Assembly: GCA_040437565.1 (NCBI GenBank) | Contig: JBDOQK010000001.1 | Coordinates: forward strand, 558,001 to 622,000 | Origin: Albugo candida | Lineage: Eukaryota | Reading direction: 5' to 3' | Length of the DNA stretch: 64,000 nt | Part shown: piece after piece, positions 12,105 through 24,900 of the stretch | Position numbering within the stretch: the stretch's first letter is position 1 | Layout of the letters: each line of letters begins with the position of its first letter | Position numbers and translations under genes: made by a program | The notes under the pieces: generated by a model | What the model saw: the letters and a program-made list of their open reading frames with translations, nothing else | Told to the model about the DNA's origin: nothing | Database searches by the model: none

Positions 12105-12109
12105 ATTAC

Positions 12110-13700
12110 GGGAGTCGATATTCAACCCCCACACTCAATAAGTTGATGGCAATCGTGGCCTCTGATTGGTTTGAATAGATGCAACGGAATAAATACAATA
12201 AGGTCACAATGAACAGCCTTGCACCAACACCCCAACTTGCTTACTCTTTCATGAAAAAGGCGAAGGCAACAATTGATGATCATGCACTACAACTCTATGT
12301 TGTTGTTATCAAACGCAAAAAAAGGATAGGCAATAGGGAAGATGTAGAAGTGAAAATTTTGATGCTTGCCTGCTTTGAATCGAACCCCCCCCCCTCCAGT
12401 GATGGGTGTAGGTACTCGCCAACGTGTTTTTTTTAGTCGCAGTACTGGATGTGCATTCAAGGCCAGCATGTGGAAACAAAAATCTGGTCAATGGCAAGTG
12501 CAAATTGACAATGGAGAACACAGTCATGCTCCCTATACTCACCAGTCTGTGCATCCAATAGGGAGCGCCTTCACAAATAAAAGCCGGTAATTAATCTCGA
12601 TGATGGGTCCTTGCGAGTGTGTAGAGTTAGTCTAATAGGCTCTGAATCAGCCCGTTGCCGAGAAAAAGGCAAAAAACGATTCTGGTGTGACATCTGGCCT
12701 TATTGTCACTTCACTCCGCCAAAACAACAATGTTATAGCCATAGCTCAAGATATTCACAACTTGCATCGTGAAGAACGCAACAGGATGCTGGCAGGCTGA
12801 TCTTTACTAATAGCTTTATTAGATGGTCTTGCTCCCGGTGACTACTTCTCTCAGTTTTATGGTCTGCAGCGGCTAACTCCCCTGCTGATTATCTCACCTT
12901 CTGCAAAGGAGATTTGCAACAAGTACAGTGCTGGTCGTGTCTGGTATTGATGCTACCTACAAAACCAACAGATATAGACTCCCCCTCCTCCATTTTTTTT
13001 TATTGGCATCACAGCAACAATTATCATCTTCACATTCGCATACTGCTTTATGAAGAACGAAACCTTGGCAGACTACTTATGGGCAATGCGTCATGTTAGA
13101 ATGGCTCTCCAAGGATATGGCCTACAGCATGCAGTACTCACCTTTTTCACTGGTCGAGAGCTTGCGCTGATGAGCGCGCTTTCAGAGACATTTTCTAATG
13201 CATTTTTCTTGCTTTGTCGCTGGTATATCAGGAAAAACACTCTTGCCAAGCAAATGACAGCATTTCAAATCTCAGAAGCCTGGNNNNNNNNNNNNNNNNN
13301 NNNNNNNNNNNNNNNNNNNNNNNNNNNNNNNNNNNNNNNNNNNNNNNNNNNNNNNNNNNNNNNNNNNNNNNNNNNNNNNNNNNCTTGCCAAGCAAATGAC
13401 AGCATTTCAAATCTCAGAAGCCTGGCAAGAATTCAATCAAAGCTGGAGCTAACATGTTGCCGCCATATCCATTGCCGATTTTCAGACCCAACTTTCAGAA
13501 ATGCATGCCACCTTCCGTGCGAGATTCGATGAGCTACCGTGAAAGAACTTGGCTGGTTTACAAGTAGCGGTTTGTTGCTGCTTCTCTGCATAATAACCGT
13601 CATTATGGGCATGTAACAACATCCCGGGTGGAGTGCCCCCATGCTATCCTCAAAAAATGGATCTTCGTGCTGACAGGTAAGCTGTATTGTATGCTGATTA
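12110..13700 (+). mobile_element. MULE transposase pseudogene
   Basis: FAR1-type TGCAFKA...W...HSH; DATYKTNRYRLPL; FAYCFMKNETLADYLWAM; TGRELALMSAL; LCRWYI; HYGHVTTSRVECPHAILK, spread over several frames. Confidence 0.88.
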
Positions 13701-13849
13701 AACTGGCAAGAGTCATATGTATCTAAAGTTTCATTCATTGCAGGGGACCTAGTTTTAGTGGGTTCAGCAGCTCGCCATCATCCGGCACAAAAAGTGACTT
13801 TTGCGAACCCAAATTAAACATCACAGTGGGATATTGGAAATGTTCATTA

Positions 13850-15640
13850 CGACCATTCGAATATCCTCAAGGTTTGAATACAGTTGCGGACAACTTGAAT
13901 TCAGATAATTTGTGGGAAAGTTGGGAGACGAGAATCAAGAAACATCATAATAGATAATATATAGTTTACATTATGATCAGCCTACTCAGCGTGTTTTAGA
14001 AGGTGTAGCAGGTCGAAATTTCACTTAAGATACCAATCGTGAAGGCATTCTCTGGAATCGAGTCGACAACAATTCAGAATTACGGTCCAAAATATGCCAA
14101 ATAGAACCAAGAGAAAAGATTTGGTCATCATGTGAAGCATATGTAGAGTTCCTCTAAAAATCTTTTTTGCTCTTCGGATAGTGCTTGTCGTCGCCTGCTG
14201 ATTGAGAATTATTTACAAGAACTGTGGCACCGTGACGTCGAACCCGAGGGAAATTGTTGACAAATCCAGGTATATTCGGGACGGTGTCATGGACTCTCTC
14301 TAGCTCCGAGACCGACTAAAAGACACCGGGTTCCATTCAAATTTCCCTTGCGTCGGGAGAAAAAGACCTTCGCTCAACCCATTTAAGTACGACAGAAATG
14401 ACGGAAGCGATCAAGCACATGCGAAGCAGTTTCTCCTCAGGTATGGATGGACTACCAGCTGGATTTTATCAGCTTGATGCGGAATCATTTGGGCAGTTTA
14501 TGATGATCGTGTTCATATATTAGCTAGATTAAGTAATCTTACATCGATTACGAAGCCACTCGGGAATCACTTTCTACCAAAAAAGATCACGAGGTGATCC
14601 AGGCAACTATAGACCGATTGCACTGCTTTGCGCTGATTTGAAAGTACTCAAAAAGTATTGGCGCATCGTGGGGAAAAGCGTATGCGACTTTTATCGAATT
14701 CAAGAAAGCTTATGACCACGTGAATTGAACGTCATGTCTCATTTTTTGGAAAAAATGGGCGTTGAGAAAACGCCCATCGACTGGGTTTTTCCTTTGTACA
14801 AAAAACAAAGGCGCATTTTTGGTGAATATGGAAATATAATACCGCCTACTTCACCACAACGTGGAGTTNNNNNNNNNNNNNNNNNNNNNNNNNNNNNNNN
14901 NNNNNNNNNNNNNNNNNNNNNNNNNNNNNNNNNNNNNNNNNNNNNNNNNNNNNNNNNNNNNNNNNNNNTTGTACAAAAAACAAAGGCGCATTTTTGGTGA
15001 ATATGGAAATATAATACCGCCTACTTCACCACAACGTGGAGTTGAATAAGGTGATCCGCTATCAGCATTATGTTTTCTGATGACGATCGAGCACTTGAGG
15101 AATTTACTTCGTCAGCATGAAGAACATGGAATTTAGATCACTGACACCACGTTCGCTACTAGAGTATTTATTTCTGACGATTCTACATTGCTGTCCGAAA
15201 CACCGAATGATGCTTTGCCGCAACTCGAACTTGTTCAAGTCTACTGCAATAGATTTGGTCCAAACCTTAACTTGAGATAATTATCCTTGGTCTCGTTTGA
15301 TCGGACTATGCCGTGTCCGCAAGTCCCCAAAGAAGGTGACCACTTGATCAAGAAACATCGGGAGACTGCTGGCCGGCCACAACGGAAGAGGACTTTCTTG
15401 GCGGGGCTTAGACAAGAGTTCATGCGGATGGATGTCGCTCACTTGCAAGTTCTGTGTTCGACGCAGGTACTGACGCAGTTTTTCCTGACAGGGAAGACCC
15501 TAGACGGTTCGAAATACGCCAGAGCATACGTCTTCGTCGTTTCTTTGTGGCTGGAGGGCAACTTTGAGCTGTTCGTGGATATTATTCAGCGCAAAATGAG
15601 AAATTTCCAAATTGACATCTCGAAAATCATTCCTTGAGTC
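13850..15640 (+). mobile_element. LINE (L1/Tx1-like) ORF2 reverse-transcriptase remnant
   Basis: EAIKHMRSSFSSGMDGLPAGFYQ (~14400-14470), GDPGNYRPIALLCADLK (~14590-14645), RGVE*GDPLSALCF (~15035-15080) and a degenerate xDDSTL motif (~15175). Confidence 0.85.
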
Positions 15641-15699
15641 GTTGAATGTGCATAGTTGTAAATTCTTATTTGTTGAAGCTGTCGGGACACATCGTACTG

Positions 15700-17720
15700 T
15701 GCAAGATTATCAACAATATTAGGTATAATATATTTCACAGCAGGAAAGAAGGTTGTTCACGCTAGTGGGCATGTATTGCTTGAGCATGTGGTTAGAACTT
15801 CCACCGTGCGAGTTTGCTGTATGGCTGAGATGCGCCAAACGGTCAGTCCAAGCAGTAACAAATATTTCGTTGTAGGGAATCCAGGTTTTCATATGATATT
15901 TATGATTGCACTGTCTGCACGTATTTCACAAATCTTCCATACTTCATCAAAGGAGCCTTCTGTTTTTTGCATGTATGATGCTACACAACATTCCTCCACA
16001 AAGTCTATTCATTCTTTTGAAATATGCTTTGCATTATTTCACTATGCTTTCAATATGCCATACACATAATAGAATCTGGGAAGTTGAGAAGTGTTCTTGA
16101 ATTCCTGAAATTAGCGCCATCTAGCGATCAACGACAAAACTCTGACTGCCTGATAACTGACAGAAAAGTGGCACTAATCAATGACATGGCAATTTTTTAA
16201 GTGGGTTTCCTCATTTTCTTTTTGTTTGGCATGTCAATTAGGATATCTCGGAAACTGCAAAAGAGAATTTCTAACTACGGATGCTTGGATTTACTTCACT
16301 GCCAATTGGAACGCTATTGTTCACTGTGATCCGTGGGCTACTTACAAAACCCAATATGAGGAATTCCATGAAAAGTGTATCACGTATCTGCGCGAAACTT
16401 GGCTACCGTGGAAAGAACACTTCATGGACTTGGAATTATTTTCATCGCGGACAGACCACCTCCTCTCGAGCTGAGGGTGCAAATTCATGCTTCAAAAAAT
16501 ATATCCATAAGTCGACAGGTGACCTTCAACAGGTGGTGAGCCAACTTAACATTGCTATTCAAACCAGGTTGATGCAATCCGAGCTGGCGAGGCAGCAAAC
16601 CAGCTAAAAATCCACAAATACCAGAATACCCTTCTTCAGCTTCTTGGGTGTGTGGTGTCCAGCTTCGACATCGAAAAGGTATGATACTTTGTTGTAATAG
16701 TTCATAAAATGACAAAGTTTCACATCTGTGCCCTTCATCCATTTTCCTACATTTTCACCCAGTTGGAGGCAGTAAAAGCATGACAGAAATCTGGGAAATT
16801 ATTCACCAAACTTTGCCCTTGTGCAGAACCTGTCACACTTGGCTTGCCTTGCCAGCATACTCTGCAAGCAAAAGTAAACGCCAACGATTATCTGGCCATA
16901 GATGACATGCATTCATTTTGGATCTCGGTGAAAAGAAGTCCGTAGAATTATATGTAAAGAGATATCTTTTGTTGGGAGAACAAACACTTTGAGCTCCATG
17001 AGCTGTATAATAGTGCTGCTCCCCATGCACAAGCTCGTTTGCATTTAGTAGTTGGGGATGGCTGATCAGGGCATTCTGTTACCACTTTCCGTCAGAACGC
17101 GTGGGAGACCTGCACAAAAGCAGTCTGTAAAATCAAATAAGCGTGATCTATCAGCCTTTGAATACCATCAACCTAAAAAAGGAAAAAGAAATGCCTAGCT
17201 TGTGGCAAGAGGGGGCATAAAAAAAGAACGTGTGACAGGTATGTAGGGCGTCAGTTTGGAATGGTATTGTTTGATTCAACTACTTACTTTCTATGTTGTT
17301 ATTCCAGAATTCAACAAGCAATCCAGCTAATGACAAAATTTGTTGAGGAGAAGAACAGGGACTTGGCTGCAGAGGTGAGTGATTTCAATCAAAGAAGTTT
17401 AGTTGTCAAAGCCGGTAACTGATCAAGGATAATAATTTCATATTGTGTTAATAATTTCCTGCTGTGTTCTTTCAGACCAAAAAGTACGATGTTATGGAGG
17501 AGAATGGAGACCTACGCGAAGCTATACAACCATTGCTGGACGAGAGCATGTAGTTAAATGATCAGACAATGGTGTCATTTTTGCGTACCTACACGCCTGA
17601 ACCAACAGCACTAATCAAGTGGACGGTAATTCCTGTGACATTTTTACACCTACTACGTTTGTGAAGCTGCTCCAGGGACGAATATTGATGGGGGTGCACC
17701 ACCAGCTCATGTGTTTCGAG
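15700..17720 (+). mobile_element. MULE transposase pseudogene with a spliced 3' extension (Ulp1-like)
   Basis: YLRETWLPWKEHF, GQTTSSRAEGANSCFKKYI, RTRGRP, RDLSAFEY and CLACGKRGHKKRTC. Two GT-AG introns (17239-17307 and 17375-17475) continue the frame. Confidence 0.78.
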
Positions 17721-18594
17721 CCAATATATGCTGCGTAAACTGCAGACTTTACAGAAAGCTTACTTAGAATCAGTAAAGCCTGCAAATTGATAAAAGGCAA
17801 TTTTGGCTGAATTTTTTTCTTCTCTGAAACGCCTGCCTACCACGCTACTTTTACTTTACTTGAATAAGTTCAGTTTTTCTTATGGTGTTGCTGCCACCAG
17901 CTAGAAGTGGACTTGAGAGCAGGCGGTACGAAGGTAGGGGGTATGTTTGTAATTGGGGATAGATAGACTCCTTAATTTACCTAACTGACGGTACGAAATT
18001 GCTGACGATGAAGCTCCTGTGTTAGGTTTAGCATCGTGCCGACATGATTGTCATTGTTTCTAAGGATCGACGGTTTCGTTCTTGAGCACCTATTGCAGTG
18101 CAGTGAAAGAAAGATCTCCAGAAGAATCTTCTAGGTCGCTTCTTCAGCTACTACATGCCTAGGTTTTAAGATTGATTCCACTTTTCATTTTACCCCCTGT
18201 GTTGTAGAGTTCTCCCTCTGCGGGTCATTCACGTTTACAAATATTTTGTGTGTCCGCAGCAATTCCCTTTTTTTAGATTATATTTATTTTTAATTTAGAT
18301 TACGTCATGCCTACTTGAATTATTACTCCGTATCATGATTATGTTACTGTAGATGCTTACGGATACGAAAAGCTCTCTAGATAAGACGAGAACCAATGAC
18401 GCTTACGATCCGGAATTAGTATTTCTTCTACGGTTGATTTCAATCGGTGAAAGTGGAATATTACAAAGCATCGAGTTAAAATTCTGATTGGCCACAATAT
18501 TGCAGAAGCTTTCGAATGGCGAAAGTGAGAGTAATCAGGTCAGTCAGAATGGATAGGCAATGACAATAAGGCTTTGAAATGTTGTGCTTCAATC

Positions 18595-18760
18595 TTACCT
18601 TGTATCGTATGTCCTTCCTAAGTCGCACTTTATGTAGTATCGCAGATTTTTGGTAGAACTCTTTACAGCCAACGCATAGCCTTCAATGAATGCAAATTCT
18701 TGTACAGCTTTGTTTTTCAAATGTGTTGTAGGTTTGGTGTACTGGTGGGGGAAGGATATT
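18595..18760 (-). mobile_element. MULE N-terminal (FAR1-like) fragment
   Basis: VQEFAFIEGYALAVKSS...YYIKCDLGRTY, which resembles the N-terminus of oomycete MULE transposases. Confidence 0.55.
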
Positions 18761-18779
18761 GCATCGAAGACTCTTGCAT

Positions 18780-20214
18780 GAAAGCGGAATCGTTCATGTA
18801 CCTGGATCAAGAGTTGCAGGACATTTTTGATCAGAATGTATAAAAAGGAACGTGATCCATGTGCTGGTTTAGTCAACGCGTCTATATGTGAAGAAATTGC
18901 GAGATGTGGACATGAGTGCTATCAATACCTTCAAAAGGTGGAAGCGTTTCTCTCATCCCCCTTCCCTACGAAATACCCGACCGATAAAAAAAGATTGATT
19001 GTCTAGTGTCCAGAGTTTTTCGAGCATTGTGAAGCCAAATTTATCAAAGCAAATGAAGTTGAAAATGCTCTAAAAGAACGTTTTACTTTTTCGATGCTGA
19101 ATGTGCTAACTAAGGCCTGTGGGATATGCTAATTCGATATCCGATCGAAGAAACGGCAACTCTTCTGAGTATGGCTGTTCAAGTTAATATAAAATCAAAC
19201 AGACAAGCCCACTACGACACATACAAAGCGGCCAAACTTTTGCTTCGGGTGAACGAAGTTTTGATTCGAAAGAAGAAGAAAAAGGATCGAGGGGGGAATT
19301 AGCCACAACCAAGGTGGAACTGGTCTGAAAAATGTAAAAATGCACTTGTCCATGTTTAAAGATATGCCGTTTCTATTTGCATATGCCGTGGCCAATTCAT
19401 TGGTGCGATTTTTAGCCACAGATCGTTTGTTGAATGTCTATCCGATATCACAAGTGCTCGATTTTACATTTTTAAACAGTCGCATTCAAAGTGTTGTATC
19501 ATCGATCAGCATTTGTCTGATTCTCTACCAGTACCGATCACTACTTTTACCAGTTGGTTCTTTGGCATTGTACAAGAAAATACCAAGGAACGAAGGAAGT
19601 GTCACACTTTACGCAAATCACTTATTGAAAGAACTCGACCACGACTCATACGCTTTTGAATCAGTAATGGCTATTTATGACGCAATAGGGCGGAGCGAAA
19701 TCCAATGAACCGTTCGTTTCGACTATAAAAGATACGCGCAAACGTTTCAATTGCAGCCAGTGGGTTTTACAAAGCTACCAAGCAATGATTTGAAGCTGAT
19801 TACTGCGTTAATTTGTGTCGCTGGTGCTCTTGTTGGCTTACATGCACTGGGATATGTTCATAGGAATATCCGCTGGCTAAATCTTTTGTTTTTGGAGACG
19901 ATTCCTACATTCTAGCTGATTTTGAAAACGCAGGTCGCAATTGTGATCAGATGCCGAATGAATTGTTAGAATCGCGAGTACTCGACCCCTTCGTGAAGTC
20001 TGTTGATTATGGGCATGTATATCGCTCTTGTCATGATATGTATCAGTTTGGTCGACTGACTGTTGATACCAGCAATCCATCGCTAGCGCAATTACGGATG
20101 AATCTACAGAGTGATAATGTTGAAGAAAGATATACAGTGGAAGGAGCGCTGAGTTTTCCTTTAAACTTGCAGATAAGAGTGCATGATGATCGTCTGAATG
20201 CAATAGAGCAATGA
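18780..20214 (+). pseudogene. Crinkler (CRN)-type REase plus kinase-like domain pseudogene
   Basis: KRPNFCF (RPDF-like, ~19226), MFKDMPFLFAYA, LQPVG, ALVGLHALGYVHRNIRWLN (~19825-19882) and HDMYQFGRL. In-frame stops (e.g. 19706-19708) and frameshifts; no LFLAK header seen. Confidence 0.65.
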
Positions 20215-21979
20215 TTCCGATCGCATCGTAAATCGCGGATGAGCCTTCAGTAATATTTTGGTTCAAAGTCCGGAAAAGTGCAGGAAACAGGTCAGGTCGT
20301 TTATCGAGTCATTTGAACTTGCGTCCTTTATTTTTGCTTCGCATAATCTGTGATTATTGTCTTCTATGACTTTAAGCTTTTTTCTTAGCACCTTTGTGCT
20401 TGTTTCTCTGAAGTTGGAGTGTACTATCTCATTCCGGTGTCTGAATGCATGAATGCTGCTATTGTGGTGATCGTCACAGAAAACTTTCCGTAAAAAGTGA
20501 CATAAGACGACGCTTGCGTGACTGAATGTTTATATGGGGTTCTATCGCTCAAAGGATCTGGCTCGGACAAAGCACATCGCTTCATTGCTTCATTTACTTG
20601 AACTAAAGCGTTTCCACATAGCTTTTTCCTCTTTGCGCTTCCAATCTGAGACTCGATTCAATAAGACCATTACTCTACCCGGAGCGTTTAGCTGCAGGAA
20701 GGACTAGTAAGTAGTCCGCAGAATATTGGCACCAAAATGTAGACGCACTTCCAGCAAAGTGTTATCCGTTGTATCCAGTCATGTGTCACCATCTACAAGT
20801 ATCATCAACTTCCATGCTGGAATTTATCGACATTAAATACATCTAAGTAGTAAACACGACGGCATCAACACTACTGTTCCAGATTGAGCGTTTTGGCTTG
20901 TTCTCAACTTAGTTCGTTTTTGCGCGACGCATTTGGTGAACACGGCATTCCACATCACCCTTTAGTGTCGACAGGAAGATTATGCTCATTAAATCTGTAT
21001 ATTAGATAAGGTTATATCAGTAGCAAGACACATCTAGTCGAAAAAACGGATTGATGCGCCAGAGGCATTTGTAGCCAGCGGAAAACACGTTGCAGAAGCC
21101 GATCAAAATATCGCGAACACCAGGTCTCTGCTCAGGATATAATGTTTTACCTCGATTCGTATACGTCTTCGTTCATGACGAAATGCTCAGGGAGAGTCTG
21201 AACGTTACAAGAGTGCTACAAGGGTCGCAATAAACCATCAGTCTATAATTCGGCAAAGCTGGGTTTGAAGGCACAAAAACCTGTTAAAGAGCAACGGACT
21301 ATGTATAGAAGCAAGAAACTAAGAAGAAATACGGACGCTAATGGCTCAGCCAGTCTTTCGATATCTATGATGCTAGATTCGTACATATGTAAAGTTTCGG
21401 AAGCACGTGCAGATGAAGATTAAGAAGAAGATTTGCATGCAACGAAGAAGCAAAGTGTGCATGGGATGCTATTATGATAGAACCCAATATGTCTCAAAGT
21501 TTATATAGCACATTTGCGCATTTTCGTAGAATCATCAATTGTCAGACTTCAAGAAGCCAGATACGATTCAGCTGCCAATCCTGAATATAGTTCTTTGAAT
21601 AAATGCCAAATTAGATCTGGACCAGAGGTATTTCGGTGGGCCTATTGAATGCGCAAGTGCCTGTTGATTTTATAAGTAGCTACGATGTCTGGAAAGTGAC
21701 GAATGCGATTACTACCGGCATCTTACACATGAGTAGCCGCAAAATGTTGGTTCGAATGCTATGCCAGAAAAGCAAGCTGGTAACACATATACCCAATGTG
21801 ACTGATGAGAAACACAGCACAGCAAGCCATGTAAATAGAGCAAGTTGCTCGGTCATTATCAATCGCCGGCATCACATTCCTAAATTTCACTTCAATTTGT
21901 TCATGCGTGACCCAAAAAGATGACACTGAAGCAGAAGTTGTAAACGAGTCAAACCATCATGTCGTGTCATTTCTCGTTA

Positions 21980-24900
21980 TCATCTTGTTCGTGCTTTTCC
22001 CAATGTTTTGTTCGTCTCACTATGCATCAGATACTCGAAACCAGTGAATGAGACAACAAATTCACTGACTGCTTGGGTAGCGATCAATGAAGTCAAAAAC
22101 TCTCGTTTTTCCGGTGGAGACCCAGCTAAGTAACTGGCTTCATCAAAGAATATCATTTGAGCGTTTGATCGTTCGTCCTTCCATACAAATCGATGATATC
22201 CAAAATCTCTGATGAGATCGAGCACAGTTACTTGAAATAATGCTCGAATCGCATATTCTGGGAAAACAGATAGCCTCGCGGGGAACTGATGCGCGAATAT
22301 GTGATCGCTTTTTGTAACGCTGGGTTTTAGCTGCTCATATAATCCTTTCCTTAAGCTTTTTATTGTGGAACTGGGGAGTTTTAGAATAGAGGTAGCCCCG
22401 TGCCCTACTGCGCGGCCTATGTCCAAATCGATTATCAGTATGTCTTCCGCCAGTAAATCTCTCATCATAGCATCGTCGAGCCAGCTTTTATTCACACCGA
22501 AAATAAACGGTGTTGGGCATTCGAGGTATTGCAACATTCGACGAGGCAACACTGGAACATAAATATGAGGCCATAAGAGTGGATAAATAAGTGCTTTTGC
22601 AATTTCAGCCGCTTTGAAAAGTACTGAAAAATATGACGATATGAACAATACTCGAGATTCCAAAAGAATTGCAGAGAAGACGAGTATCAATGTGGATATA
22701 TCAAGTAGATCAAATAGCGGTCGCACTGAATAATCCAATGAAGGAATGACTGATAATGGCGATGATTTAGGTAAGGACGATAGAACTTTTGGCTGGCTTG
22801 AGAAACTCTTCATGTATCTTGTCACATGCATTTGTTTCTCGTTTTCAACGCGCATAGATCTGGCAAGTTTTGCTACCAACTTCGGATCTAGCTCATGAGA
22901 TACTTTTTCTCTATTCTTGTGCTCGACGGAGGCTAGATTTGACTCTTTTGATGATTTTGTTGTCTTAAGAACGTCTCTTTCAACAACAACTTCGAAAGCC
23001 TCGGTGATGCGTTCACGCAATGTGTCGACGAGTGGGAATTTTGACGTAATACAAATTCCGTATGGAACCCAATGACATTTGCTAATCCCGTTCCTGCAAA
23101 TAGACGCCGAAGATTGTTTGTGCATCACCAGGCATGCCGCATTCAGTGCGGTCGATGAGCTACTATCACCCACCCTGAAGTTGTATGCAATCGGTGAGGG
23201 ACGAGATTCTCCTGTGCTCAGGACATCGAAGGGATCTCTCGACCAAGGTACTAGGAAGCTTTCAAACATCTTATCCAAAGCGTGCACCTCAGGAGTGTCC
23301 GCCCTGTGATGTTGAACGATTTGCATTTGAAATTTGGTGGTGTGTTGCTGGTCGATGAGATCCTCTATCGCCTCAAATGTCATTATTCCAGTGATTGGAT
23401 CAATTTCCTGCCCGGAGCCAAGTCCACTTGGTTCATAAATCTTGCAGTTGAATCGAGACATTTCTGCTGGCCAGGTGTGTGCACGAAGTCCATAATCGAG
23501 CAAAAGCGTTGCTAGGCGCTGGAAATCATCCATTGAAGAAGCATCTGAAGTAGAAGGAGGAACTTTATGATACAAGGAGAATTCAGCATATGCACGGCTG
23601 GTAAGGAATCTATGGTATAGCTCGAGATGTTTTGTCCCAAACCTCTCCATTATCGAGTCCTGCTCTTGTTGCAGCTTTGCATACGTCCTAGTTAGAGAGC
23701 GTTCAAGTCCTTGCATCTCTAAATCCCCTTTATAGTACTTTTGCACAATATATCGTACAAGACCACGACAATGATAGTCCACTTGTTCTTTATTTTCGTT
23801 TTCCTTTCCTCGACTTCGCATCAAAGAAGCATATCGACGATATGCCGGTTTGAATTCATACTCGATATCGAGCCATAAAGCAATTTCTCGATGATAGTGA
23901 TGTGGAAAAAGAAATATCCAGAAAAAGTTGGCAAAGCGATGATTCATCAAAATGTCTTCCAAATAAATCACTTCTCTGGGTACTCGTTTAAGCATGTCAG
24001 TGTACAACTCTGTCTGTCGAAACTTCGGAAAAGTCTTCATCAAGTAATGCTTCACTCTCGTGACAACAACATCAAAAGCATGCAGCGCATCTTCACCACC
24101 GGCGGCAATGTTGCGCTTCATGCGGCGCAGGAGATCAGAAGTCACGAATTCGGCACCGATGTGAAATTGTGCGTTTTTGGCTAAATATTTTTGCGCAATT
24201 TTGACGCCATACGTACGCAGCAATAAAACATCATCTTTACCGAACGGTTGGAAGACAGACATTTCCAGACTGCGAGGAGTGGCTGTTGGAAGTCGCCGGA
24301 GTGATTTTTGCGTTTCTAAATAGTTGACCCGGAGAGTGCACCAAAAATGGCGATACTCGTGGAATGAACACAAAAAAAATAGTTTGCTTTGATGTGTTGG
24401 GTTTGAAAATGAAGCAGCGTAATATCGCATCATTTGCGGATTGCTGACAATTTCTTCGATGGAGATCAACTTCATAGGTGTATCATTGTACGACGTGGTT
24501 ACTCCGGCTGACGGATGCATTCCAAACGGAAATCGTTTATTCATGATATTGCTTTGATACTGTTCTTGCATCCATTTTGCTAAAGCAGGTATGGAACTTG
24601 GTGCTGATGGAGCCAAGCTGGCAACTGTAACGATACGACCTTTACCTTGGATCGAGTTCAATTTCAGCTCCTTAGGTGCACAAATAACTTTATCTTCGGA
24701 ATGCCGAGATAGCTTATTGCTTTCATTTGCTGAGCCATTATCATTCCATGGGGAGCTGGGGGTCGGATTAAAAAGTAAATTCCGAGCCTTCAATTTCATA
24801 TGCTGAGCCCATCGGTAACGCGCATGTTCTTGTTTGACCTTGTCTTCTTCTTTTTTTATACTTGTCATCTCAATGCTTTGTTCATGTTCTTGATGTTTCA

